A stretch of 63,134 nt of DNA, filler included. It is 9 parts of 9 records of this genome, joined end to end, with 100 filler letters (N's around TTAATTAATTAA, not from the genome) between each part and the next. Parts side by side here need not be neighbours in the genome. Positions count along the whole stretch, not along the records: positions 50,522 to 56,741 come from SRR31147125_112434; positions 56,842 to 63,134 come from SRR31147125_112537; 7 more parts are not named here. One strand, given 5' to 3'. Both the position numbers and the translations under genes were made by a program. The notes under the pieces were generated by a model. It had not been told where the DNA came from, did not search any database, and worked only from the letters and a program-made list of their open reading frames with translations. Shown here piece by piece: positions 50,522 to 61,055 of this stretch (positions are counted from its first letter, which is position 1; every line of letters begins with the position of its first letter).

Positions 50522-50837
50522 CATTGCCCCCTATGAAAAGACCCGGCGCCAAATCCGCAAGGCAATTGAAGCGTATGGGGGATTTATTGAAGTCCATGTT
50601 TCCACACCCATAACAGAGTGTGAAAAAAGGGATCGCAAAGGCATGTATGCTAAAGCACGGGCCGGGCTTATAAAGGATTTTACCGGTGTTGACGACCCCT
50701 ATGAAGTGCCTTGTAATCCAGAAATGAGAATAGATACCTCAACCCTTTCTCCGGAAGAGGCTGCCCAGGAAGTCATGTCCTATCTTAGCCAGATGAGTTT
50801 TCTAATCAACGACAAAGAAAAGGGGTGTTATGCGTAA
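50522..50837 (+). CDS. cysC: Adenylyl-sulfate kinase C-terminus (possibly of a Sat-CysC fusion)
   Basis: [46 protein letters not shown]. Confidence 0.88.
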
Positions 50838-51708
50838 AGGAATCATACTTGCCGGAGGTTCTGGTACACGGCTTTTTCCACTGACCAAGGCCGTAAGCAA
50901 ACAGCTTATGCCGGTTTATGAAAAGCCAATGATTTATTACCCCTTGTCCACATTGATGTTGGCCGGCATAAAAGAGATTCTTGTCATCACAACTGCCCAT
51001 GATCAAGACAATTTTAAGACGGTCCTCGGCGACGGATCACAGTGGGGCATCAGCCTAACCTATAAAGAGCAGCCTTCCCCGGACGGGCTGGCCCAGGCAT
51101 TTATCATCGGAGAAGAGTTCATCGGAGCAGATCCGGTCACCTTGGTGCTGGGAGATAATATATTTTATGGAGAGGGGTTGTCTGAACGGCTCCAGGACCT
51201 TGTTAAAAAAGAGGCCGGTGCCACTGTTTTCGGGTACTTTGTAAAAGATCCCCACAGATACGGGGTCGTAACCTTTGACGCTGACGGAAGGGTTACGGAT
51301 ATTGTAGAAAAACCCCAAGAGCCCAAATCCAACTATGCTGTTACCGGTCTTTATTTTTACGATAATGAGGTGGTTGAGATTGCAAAGCAGCTCAAACCCT
51401 CTGCCAGAGGAGAACTTGAAATCACAGATGTGAATAAGGCTTACCTTGATCGTGGGACACTCTCTGTTGAACTGCTCAGCCGCGGTACCGCATGGCTGGA
51501 CACCGGGACCCACGACTCTCTCCTGGATGCCGGGATCTTTATCAAGGTTGTTGAGGAACGCCAGGGCCTTAAAATCGCCTGCCCTGAGGAGATTGCTTTC
51601 CGAATGGGTCGAATTAATGCAGATCAATTGACCAAGATTGCAGAGACCATGAAAAAAAACGAATACGGGCAGTATCTTATGGATCTGCTTAAGGTTTCAG
51701 GGAATTAA
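50830..51708 (+). CDS. rfbA: Glucose-1-phosphate thymidylyltransferase
   Basis: [52 protein letters not shown]. Confidence 0.96.
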   Translation: MRKGIILAGGSGTRLFPLTKAVSKQLMPVYEKPMIYYPLSTLMLAGIKEILVITTAHDQDNFKTVLGDGSQWGISLTYKEQPSPDGLAQAFIIGEEFIGADPVTLVLGDNIFYGEGLSERLQDLVKKEAGATVFGYFVKDPHRYGVVTFDADGRVTDIVEKPQEPKSNYAVTGLYFYDNEVVEIAKQLKPSARGELEITDVNKAYLDRGTLSVELLSRGTAWLDTGTHDSLLDAGIFIKVVEERQGLKIACPEEIAFRMGRINADQLTKIAETMKKNEYGQYLMDLLKVSGN

Positions 51709-51711
51709 AGA

Positions 51712-52259
51712 ATGCAGTTGATACCGCTATCCATACCGGATGTTGTAATCATGGAACCCAAAGTCTTTGGTGATCACCGGGGGTTTTTCATGGAAACCTT
51801 TAGAGAGGGTTTTTTCAGGGAAAATGTGGCAGATGCTTATTTTGTTCAGGATAATCATAGCCTTTCAACCCAAGGTATTTTAAGAGGCCTGCATTATCAA
51901 ATTCAATACCCCCAGGGCAAACTGGTACGGGTTGTCAGAGGAATCGTTTTTGATGTGGCTGTGGACCTGCGGCGACGGTCTCCCTTCTTTGGAAAATGGG
52001 TGGGAGAAATACTTTCTGCAGATAATAAAAGATGATGTGGGTGCCGCCTGGATTTGCCCATGGATTTTATGTGATAAGCCCTGAGGCGGAATTCGTATAT
52101 AGGTGCACCAACTATTATGCACCGGAGTATGAGTGTGTCTTGCGGTGGGATGATCCGGACATCAACATTCAATGGCCCCTTGAGCCCGGTAGCCGTCCTT
52201 TATTGTCTTTAAAGGATGAGAATGCCTTGGGACTGAATGCCCTGGAGGTTTTCAATTGA
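51712..52259 (+). CDS. rfbC: dTDP-4-dehydrorhamnose 3,5-epimerase (frameshift near 52030)
   Basis: FGDHRGFFME, FVQDNHS, LRGLHYQ, GKLVRV; then MWVPPGFAHGF, WDDP. Confidence 0.93.
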
Positions 52260-53119
52260 AAGTCCTGGTTTTTGGATCTGGAGGGCAGTTGGGATGGGAG
52301 TTGATCCGCACCTGCCCAGATGGGTTTAGGCTTCTGCCCCGTGATTATCCGGCCGTGGATTTTTTACTGCCGTGCAGCATTAAAGCCTGTATTGATGAGA
52401 CCGATCCTGACCTAATTATAAATGCTGCTGCCTATACTGCGGTTGACCAGGCAGAAACAGACCAGGACAGGGCGTTCCAGCTCAACCATCTGGCTGTTGC
52501 AGAAATTGCTGAACTTGCATTTGAAAAAAATATTGGTCTTGTTCATATTTCTACGGATTATGTTTTTAACGGATCCAACCATAAGCCCTGGCATCCTCAA
52601 GATAAACCCGATCCCAAGTCTGTATATGGCTTGTCAAAGCTATATGGAGAAGCTGTTGTTTTTAATAAACTCAAAGAAAAATCACTGATTATTCGCACAG
52701 CCTGGCTGTATTCCAGCCATGGGAAAAATTTCGTCAAAACCATGCTGGGTGCGATGGCCGCGGGCAAGTGCTTAAAAATAATAGACGAACAAATTGGAAC
52801 CCCCACCTGGGGTAACGGGTTGGCAAAAGCCATCTGGACATGCATTGAAAAGCGTATTAGCGGCGTTCACCATTGGACCGATTCCGGTGTGGCCTCGTGG
52901 TATGATTTTGCAGTGGCCATTCAGGAAGAAGCAATATCTTTGGGGATAATTAAACAATGGGTTGACATAAGGCCTGTGACATCTGAACAATTTGCTACCA
53001 CGGCTCATCGACCTTTTTATAGCGTATTGGACAAGGGCAGTCTGTGGAAGGAAAGCGGTATTATACCGGTTCACTGGCGGGTTCAACTCAGATACATGCT
53101 AAGGGAAATGATAGGTTGA
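52256..53119 (+). CDS. rfbD: dTDP-4-dehydrorhamnose reductase
   Basis: GSGGQLG, NAAAYTAVD, ISTDYVF, YGLSK, RTAWLYS, EQIGTPT. Confidence 0.94.
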   Translation: MKVLVFGSGGQLGWELIRTCPDGFRLLPRDYPAVDFLLPCSIKACIDETDPDLIINAAAYTAVDQAETDQDRAFQLNHLAVAEIAELAFEKNIGLVHISTDYVFNGSNHKPWHPQDKPDPKSVYGLSKLYGEAVVFNKLKEKSLIIRTAWLYSSHGKNFVKTMLGAMAAGKCLKIIDEQIGTPTWGNGLAKAIWTCIEKRISGVHHWTDSGVASWYDFAVAIQEEAISLGIIKQWVDIRPVTSEQFATTAHRPFYSVLDKGSLWKESGIIPVHWRVQLRYMLREMIG

Positions 53120-54177
53120 AAACACTTCTGGTTACAGGCGGCGCCGGATTCATCGGGACAAATTTTATTTATTATTGGTTGAAAAATTATCCAGAGGACA
53201 GAGTTATTGTGCTTGATGCACTGACCTATGCCGGCAATGCTGACAATCTTTTTGAGGCTGAAAAAAATTCGAAATATGAATTCGTCCATGGCAATATTAA
53301 AGACCAGGGTCTGGTTGAATATCTGCTGGAAAGGCACAGGGTTGATGTCCTGGTCCATTTTGCCGCAGAATCCCACGTGGACCGCTCAATTTCTGGCCCG
53401 GACGCCTTTATAGACACCAATATTCTGGGGACCCACAGCCTGCTCAAAGCAGCGAAAAAAATTTGGCTGGATAGGGGTCGAAAACCCCATCGATTTCATC
53501 ATATCTCAACAGATGAAGTCTACGGGACATTAACTGCGGCAGAACCGGCATTCAAGGAGAACACACCCTATGCACCCAACTCTCCTTATGCCGCAAGCAA
53601 GGCGGCATCCGACCACCTGGTCAGGGCCTATCATGAAACCTATGGTCTTGAAGTGACCACCTCCAACTGCTCTAACAACTACGGGCCCTTCCAATTCCCT
53701 GAAAAACTGATCCCCCTCATGGTGACCAATATTATCCAAAACAAACCCATACCCATCTACGGAGACGGCCTGCAGATTAGAGACTGGCTCTATGTGGATG
53801 ACCATAATTTGGGGGTGGATCTCATTCTTCACAAGGGCCAAATTGGACAGACCTATAATATCGGGGGAAATAACGAACAATTCAACCTGGATATTGTCGG
53901 TCTTGTCTGTGAAATAGTGGATGAGATCTTTGAGGCAGACTCGGTGCTGCGAAAACGATTTTCCAAGGCTCCGCCCGCCCAAGGTAAGCAATCGTCTGCC
54001 CTGGTGAATCATGTTGAGGACCGGGCCGGTCACGACAGGCGATATGCTATTAATGCCCAAAAGATGAAACGCGAACTGGGCTATACGCCTCGAATTGATT
54101 TTTCAACAGGCATTGGTAAAACCGTCAATTGGTATCTGAACAACGCGCCTTGGTGGTCTAAATTAATTTGCGTTTAA
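53116..54177 (+). CDS. rfbB: dTDP-glucose 4,6-dehydratase
   Basis: TGGAGFIG, DALTYAGN, HFAAESHVDRSI, ISTDEVYG, YAASKA, NNYGPFQFPEKLIP. Confidence 0.96.
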   Translation: MKTLLVTGGAGFIGTNFIYYWLKNYPEDRVIVLDALTYAGNADNLFEAEKNSKYEFVHGNIKDQGLVEYLLERHRVDVLVHFAAESHVDRSISGPDAFIDTNILGTHSLLKAAKKIWLDRGRKPHRFHHISTDEVYGTLTAAEPAFKENTPYAPNSPYAASKAASDHLVRAYHETYGLEVTTSNCSNNYGPFQFPEKLIPLMVTNIIQNKPIPIYGDGLQIRDWLYVDDHNLGVDLILHKGQIGQTYNIGGNNEQFNLDIVGLVCEIVDEIFEADSVLRKRFSKAPPAQGKQSSALVNHVEDRAGHDRRYAINAQKMKRELGYTPRIDFSTGIGKTVNWYLNNAPWWSKLICV

Positions 54178-54245
54178 GACTGCCATAAATTCACCATCCC
54201 AATTTCAATCTAATTGAAAAAAAAGGGGCCAAAGGACCTTTTTTC

Positions 54246-55851
54246 ATGAAATCTGGTGGAAAAATTATTGAAATTTTGATTGTCCTTACGGTGATGTGGG
54301 CCGCAGACCTTTATGCCTGGGAGAATCAAGCCGGGCAAGACACAAGAATTTGGCATTCAAGGCTTATGCCATTTGAAGACAAGGGGTTCGTCCCGGGGTT
54401 CCATGACGGATTCACGCTCCCGGATTTTTCTTATGCAGGGTATTTTAAAGGAGAAAAACCCATACCCAAAATACGGACCTTATATGCCATTGATCCGCTG
54501 CCCGGCGACAATACCTCTCATATTCAAAATGCCCTTGATAAAAGCCGCAATGGGGCTCTTTTGTTGAATAAAGGTATTTATAACATTAGTGGAGAAATTC
54601 ATATTCCCCCTGATACTGTGTTGCGGGGCAAGGGCAGTGATAAAACTTTTATCATTGTAAATAACAATCATACGAAACGATTTTCTGCCATCGTGGGCAA
54701 CCGATCTCGGATCGGCAAAAAAAGTGAATTTCTGGAGAAAGTACGAAGGTCTTGTCTACAAAACATCAGAGGACATCCAGGCAGGTTCGGCAATTGTCCG
54801 GGTCAAAATTTCTGCTGAAACAGCACCCGGAGATTATGTTGTTATTAAAAACAGCGTGACCGATGCCTTCAGAGAAAAATACAACGGGCAAATCCAGGTT
54901 AAGGATCAGAAAATTTGGCCGACAGATTTATCCTCTTTAAAATTTTTAAGAGTGGTGAAATCCGTATCTGAAACTACCATCGTTCTTGATCAGCCCATAC
55001 CCGTGGCATTAAAGCTAAATGAGATTCCTTATTTATTGAAAATTAACGAAATGGCAGAGGGCATCGGGTTGGAGAGCCTCTCCATTGGGTTTGCGACAAA
55101 ATCCTTGACAGATTGTTTCAATAGCACAAAAAGCAATGGTGCCAATGCGCCTTTTCATGCGGCTGACCTGGTCTGTTTTGGAAATGTGGTCAACGGCTGG
55201 ATTTTTGATGTGAAAAGCTTTTCACCGGATAACACTGGCTATCATGTATTGAGCCGCGGAATTGAACTGCTGAATTCAAGACATATCACAATCAAAGACT
55301 GCGATATCGGTTACCCCCTGAACATCGGAAACGGGGGGAACGGATACGGATTGATCATATCCATGAGCAATGATTGCCTGATATCTAACTTAAAGATCAG
55401 AAAATTTCGTCACAATATGCTATTTCATTTTCCCTCTTCGGGCAACGTCATTACCGGATGTCAATCATATTTGTCAGTGTTTCCCAATGATTTTCACCAT
55501 AGCCTGGCGAACACAAATCTCATTGAAAACACAGAATTTGATTGCCCGCCAAAAAGCAGCTATCAGCAAGCCTTTGTCCTAAAGAACAGGGGAAGCGGCA
55601 GTGTTGGGGCAGGGGTGACCGGCATGGGTAATGCCTTCTGGCGGATTGAAATCACTCCCAAAACCTTTGTCATTCAATCCGAACAGGCCGGCCATGGATA
55701 CGTAATCGGTGCGACGGCCGTAACCGGGGCTCCCATGACCCATGGAAGAGAGTGGCGTGAGGGTATTGGGCAGGCCAAAGGCTTGAGACCGATTTCATTG
55801 TATCGAACACAATTGGCCAACAGGTTGTCCAAGAAAGGGCAGGTTAACTGA
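54246..55851 (+). CDS. Secreted parallel beta-helix (pectin-lyase-fold) glycanase-like protein; frameshift in A-run near 54720
   Basis: Signal peptide, LPDFSYAGY.KGEKPIP, DNTSHIQNALD, VLRGKG, GNGGNGYG, RH, SGNV repeats. Confidence 0.65.
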
Positions 55852-55856
55852 GTCCT

Positions 55857-56741
55857 ATGCCTTCTGAAATAAAAAAAAACAACGGAAATGATAATTTAGG
55901 GGTACAGTTTAAGGTGGCCAGGGGAGGTGCCCTGTTTGCCGGCGGTCTGGGTGCTGCAATGCTTCTTCAATTTGGGGTTGGTATTTTTGTGGTGCGAAAT
56001 CTTTCCCGGGCTGAATTTGGAATGATTTCTCTTTCCATGACCATATTGAACCTATTGTCCACCTTCTGTTGTTTGGGATTTAATAACGGGGTTCCCAAAA
56101 TCATTGCCGGGTATTCAGATGATGTCGCGGGCAATAAAGTGGGAAAAATCATTTCAAATGCATTGGTGGCCGGAGCAATTGTCAGTCTTTTTTTTCGATT
56201 CTCCTTTTTCTTTGCAGCGAACCGATTGCCCTGTTTTTGAATAAACAGGGACTGGAAGTGGTGTTAAAGCCATTTTCGCTCATGGTGTTTCCCATGACAA
56301 TCATCCTTGTGTTTACATCAATTTTCAGAGGGCTTGGAAAAGCAAAGCCTAAGGTAATTTTTCAGGATTTCGCAATAAACCTGACCCGGATGTTGATGAT
56401 CCTACCGGTCCTTTTTTAGGTGGACGTTTTGAACCCATTATTTGGGTATATGTGGCCTCAGTCTGGGTCACCTTTTTGGCCTATTTAAAATACGCCTTCA
56501 GCGGGATTTTAAAAGAGGGCGGTTATGCCCCCTCCATGCCAATTTTAAAGGAAATCATCTGGTTTTCCCTGCCTCTGCTGCCCGTTGCCGTGTTAACCAA
56601 TTTCAGTGATTGGACGGCCACTCTTTCTCTGGGATATTTTTATGATGCCGGTACCGTCGGTGTATACAGTGTTGCCAGGCGCCTGGTTTCTTTCATGTCT
56701 ATTCCCCTGATGGCAGTGGCCTTCTTATACCTGCCAATGGC
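55857..56741 (+). CDS. Wzx/MOP-family polysaccharide flippase (frameshifts near 56190 and 56415; 3'-truncated)
   Basis: VRNLSRAEFG, FSLPL, LGYF..AGTVGVYSVARRL; multiple TM helices split over three frames at T-runs. Confidence 0.8.
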
Positions 56742-56841
56742 NNNNNNNNNNNNNNNNNNNNNNNNNNNNNNNNNNNNNNNNNNNNTTAATTAATTAANNN
56801 NNNNNNNNNNNNNNNNNNNNNNNNNNNNNNNNNNNNNNNNN

Positions 56842-58243
56842 TGTATTGCTGGTGCTGGTCCTTGTCGCCGGTTGCGCCGCCGTCGGCCCCGACTATGTGG
56901 CGCCGGACCCCACGCTGCCGGATGCATGGCAAACCACGCTCGAGGACGGGCTGCGGGCCGAGCCGGTCAACGGTGACCAGCTATCCCATTGGTGGGAAAC
57001 CCTGGGCGACCCATTGTTGACCGGCCTGATCGCCAAAACATTGATCGCCAATCCGGATCTCAAACAGGCGGTCGCCCGGGTCAGGCAATCCCGTGCCAGC
57101 CGGGCCGCGACCAAGGCGAACCGCTTTCCGACGCTCGATACGGGGGGATCGGTGACGACCAACCGGGTCAGCAAAAGCGGCAGCACCACGGAATCGGGCG
57201 TTGAACGGGACTGGTATGAGGCGGGGTTCGATGCCGGCTGGGAACTCGATGTCTTCGGCGGTGTGCGCCGCAGTGTGGAAGCGGCCGAGGCTGATCTGAA
57301 AATGGTTCAGGCCGACCTGGACGACGTTCGGGTATCCCTGGTCGCCGAGGTGGCGCGCAACTACACGGAGGCACGCACCTACCAGTACCGCCTGGATGTC
57401 GCCCTGGCCAATATCAAGGCCCAGAAGGATACCGTCGATCTGATCCAGTCCCGGTTTGAGGCCGGCCTCAGCAATGAACTCGACGTTCAGCAGGCCCGTT
57501 ACAACCTGGAGGACACCCGCAGCCAGCTGCCTACCCTGCGCAGCGGTCTGGAGGCGGCCAAGAACCGGCTGGCCGTACTCAGTGGGCAGGCGCCGGGCAG
57601 TCTGCACCAGCAGCTCGAGGAGCGGCGGCCTATCCCGGTGCCGCCCCTGATCGTGGCCGTGGGCGTGCCGGCGGAAACGTTACGGCGGCGTCCGGACATC
57701 CGCAGTGCCGAGCATCAGCTGGCTGCCCAGAGCGCCCGCATCGGCGTGGCCACGGCGGAGCTTTACCCGAAATTTCAACTGCTCGGCACCATCGGCCTGG
57801 AATCCATCGATTCCGGGGAATTCTTCGAGAAGTCCAGCCGGTTCTGGAGCCTGGGGCCGTCCGTCTCCTGGCGGATTTTCGACGCCGGTGCCATCCGGCG
57901 CAACATCGAGGCCCAGGATGCCGTGCAGGAGCAGTATCTGGCGGCCTACGAGGGCGCCGTTCTCGGCGCGCTTGAAGAGGTTGAAAATGCCCTGACCACC
58001 TATGCCGAAGAGCAGGTTCGCCGCAGTCACCTCGAAAAGGCGGTGACCGCGGCCCGGCAGGCCGTGGATCTGGCCCAGGATCGCTATGCCGCCGGCCTGG
58101 TGGATTTCTCCAATGTGCTCGATGCCCAGCGCAGCCTGCTTTCGTTCCAGGATTCGCTGGCCCAGAGCGAGGGTGCGGTAACGACTAATTTGATCACTCT
58201 GTACAAAACCCTTGGCGGCGGATGGGAACAACCCGCGGTTTAA
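56842..58243 (+). CDS. RND efflux outer-membrane lipoprotein (NodT/OprM family), 5'-truncated
   Basis: VAGC lipobox, VGPDY, WWETLGDP, WELDVFG, LRRRPDIRSAE, LYKTLGGGW. Confidence 0.93.
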
Positions 58244-58365
58244 TAAGGAAGCCCGGTGAGTCCCACCATCCTATGGGGGCAGAGCCGTTATGCTGCCTCC
58301 ATTCCCTCATATCCACTTGGGGGAGAGTCAATCGTCAGAGAAAATCATAAGCGACTGCTTTGTGT

Positions 58366-60770
58366 TTATAATCCACCTACCAAGAGGCCGATGAAGCATC
58401 CGCCGCCGCCTCCCCCGCTGTCACCGCTCGAATTGCTGGGATCCCCCTCAACCGATTGTCCATCATCCTCATAGATGCCTGTCACCGTCGAGGTCTGTCC
58501 ATCGCTGACCACCACCGACCGTGCTTCGGGGGTCCTCCAGTCGGTAACATCCCTGAACTCCACGGTATGGCTGCCAAGGTTCAGATTGGCCTCCGTATAG
58601 CCTGAATCCCGCCAGTCGCCTTGATCGACGCGCCACCGGGCGCCTTCGTCGACGGCCTCTTGAGGGTCGATCGTGACCTCCAAGGAGCCTGTTTGCGGTG
58701 TGTTTGCGCCGACCTGAATCCCACTGAAATGGTAGACCTGAATCTCGATTCGGGATGGATCATTATTGTCCGGATCATCCTGGAAGTTATAATTTTCCTT
58801 GATCCCGGCACGATCCACCCCTCGCCGCCAGCTTGAATGTTTCCATCGGCATCGCAGGCCAGCTTCCACTGGGTGCCGTCATAATGGTAGATGCTCAAGC
58901 CGCTGACATCGGTATAACCGACACAGGGAATCAGAATGGTCACCGGCTCGTTGAAGACCGTCGATGGTTGCAGATTCAGCGGCCAACCGACGCCGTAGGC
59001 GATGTCAAGCTGCGGGACTTCATCGAGTTCCGGCCCAAAGCCTGGCTTGACCGGCTCTTCATTGGCATACATCAACTGCACACCTTCGAGATTTCCGCTC
59101 TGCACTTCAACGGTGCTATAATCGTCACCCACTTGGGTCGTTGTTTCGGGCAGGTTTTCTGGATCGACGGCATTGTCATGTTCATCTTCGGTTTCGGTCT
59201 TAAACTGAAACACATTTGACGTTACCGTATTGCCATATTTATCCGTCGCCGCCACGGTGATGCTGACCGTGGTATCATATGGATAGCGGTTGCCTTTATC
59301 GGCGGCCGATTCCCGGGCTTTATCATAAACGGCCCAGAAGTCGGTGAGGGAAGCATCGCTTTCGGTGTCGACCAGCTTGACGATTCGCACCACGTCATCA
59401 TCCATGGTTCGCGAATAGACAACATCCTCGCAGAAAATGCCGATCTCCACCGCATCCGTCTGGCTGATGTCAATGCCGTAGTCATCCGCTAAACGCACCG
59501 CGAAGCAGGCATCGCTGGGTACACGGGTCGCATAATCGATGCCTGCCCCATCAACTGGCAAGACATCGACGATTTGAGGCGGTGTGCTGTCTTCTGCCGT
59601 ATATTCGACCGTTGTACTGGTCTTCTGATCAGCCGCAATCATAACGGTTTCCGTGGACGGTTCAAGCCAATCGTCCACAGCGTTAAATTCAACCAGATGG
59701 CTACCAACACTCAACTCGGTGACGGTGCTGCCACTGGATTGCCAATCCCCATCATCCACTTTCCATCGGGCACCTGCTGAGACCGTCAAAGCGGGAATGA
59801 TGGTTACCGACAGGGAACCGGTTTGTTGCGTGTATTCAGCGTTCGTGGAGGCCGTCCGGTCGTTTTCGATGACAACGGACCGGTTGCCGGGAGTGGCCCA
59901 GCCGGTGATGTCCTCAAACTGGACCGTGTGGTTGCCCACGGTCAGGTCGTTTTCGGTGGTGCCGCTATTGCGCCAGGCACCGCCATCCACTCGCCACCGG
60001 GCCCCGGCTGCCACTGCCGCGGGAGGGTCGATGGTAACCGTAAGGTCACCGGTATCCCATTCAAATTGCACGTTCAAAGTATATTGATATTGGAAAATAG
60101 GGTCGACTAATACCGAGGCAAAATAGTCGCCGGGAGATACATCGATTGAGATGCTGGCAAAGTCGTCCGTAGAACCGGTAAAATCCTCTGCTATCAATGC
60201 GTGGTTTGAGTCATACAATTCCAGTATCGGTAGATCGACCATCCCATCGTAGCTCAATGAGGCGGTCAACGTTCCTGGTGTTGGATTGGTTGTTTTGAAA
60301 TAATCATAGTCAAAGCCGCCATCGGTCGTACCGTTAACAGTGCCAAACCCATCGTCGTCAAGGCTGACCAATGTGGCGCTGGCAAAGTTATCGCCATGGT
60401 CATCTTCGTTAAAAATAATCTGGATGGTCGATGAAACAATATCGATGATCTCTATATAGTAAGTCCCGGCATTGATTTGGGCGCTGACTATGTATTGACG
60501 GCCTGCGCCGGAAGAAATAACTTCGCAATCCGCGTTCCTTAATTCAGCAATTCCTGACCAAGTCTCGTCAATTACCCATAACCCCCCTCTGGCCGGTACG
60601 TTTATTTCAACCGTCATTCCGGAACTTACCGCTATTTGGGCTTGACCCGAACTGTCGAGGATTGCAGGTGTTGCCGCATCGCAGGGCGCTCCGGGATCAG
60701 CAGACCACGATGGAACGGCGGAAAATAAGGAAATCAAAAACAACACCAGGAACAACGCCAGTTTTTTCAT
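58366..60770 (-). CDS. Secreted multidomain surface protein with PPC-like domain, three Ig/PEGA-like repeats and a GGGGGGCFI C-terminal tail (frameshift near 58797)
   Basis: Signal peptide MKKLALFLVLFL..; DDHGDN..AT..DYDYF; three copies of G(S/D)LxVTIxP..A...GARWxVDxGxWxxSGxT..L..GxHxVxFxx(V/I)xxWxxP; ends SGGGGGGCFIGLLVGGL*. Confidence 0.8.
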
Positions 60771-61055
60771 TGATAGCCTCTCCAGGTTCGAGTTGGTTTT
60801 ATCCACCGGCATATGCGCATAACGGTTGCGGTGAGACACCGTTAAGGGGCCTGCCAATATGTCAGGTAACTGTTCTTCTCTCCCTTGATTTATAGAGGAG
60901 ACCACAGTTGCGTGACTGCAACGGAAATTAAAGATCTAATTGTGACAGTGGAACAATTGGGTAAGCTAACTGTTGAGAATATTGGATAGCGCCGTTAAAT
61001 GTCAAACGTTTTTACGGGTGGGTGAAAAAGTGCATTCTCATGGTAAATTCAGGCC

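Noticed and set aside
36130..56420. Programmed frameshifting or phase variation in tolR, sdhA, transketolase, rfbC, the beta-helix gene and the flippase
   Set aside because: The same single-base indel pattern affects every contig, including core genes, and I noticed no dedicated recoding signals. Sequencing error is more parsimonious, although phase variation in the glycan genes cannot be excluded without reads.
11033..56841. Regularly recurring TTAATTAATTAA motif flanked by Ns (8 copies), superficially a repeat array
   Set aside because: It is an artificial six-frame-stop contig linker. Genes on either side come from different organisms, so no cross-spacer gene neighbourhoods were inferred.
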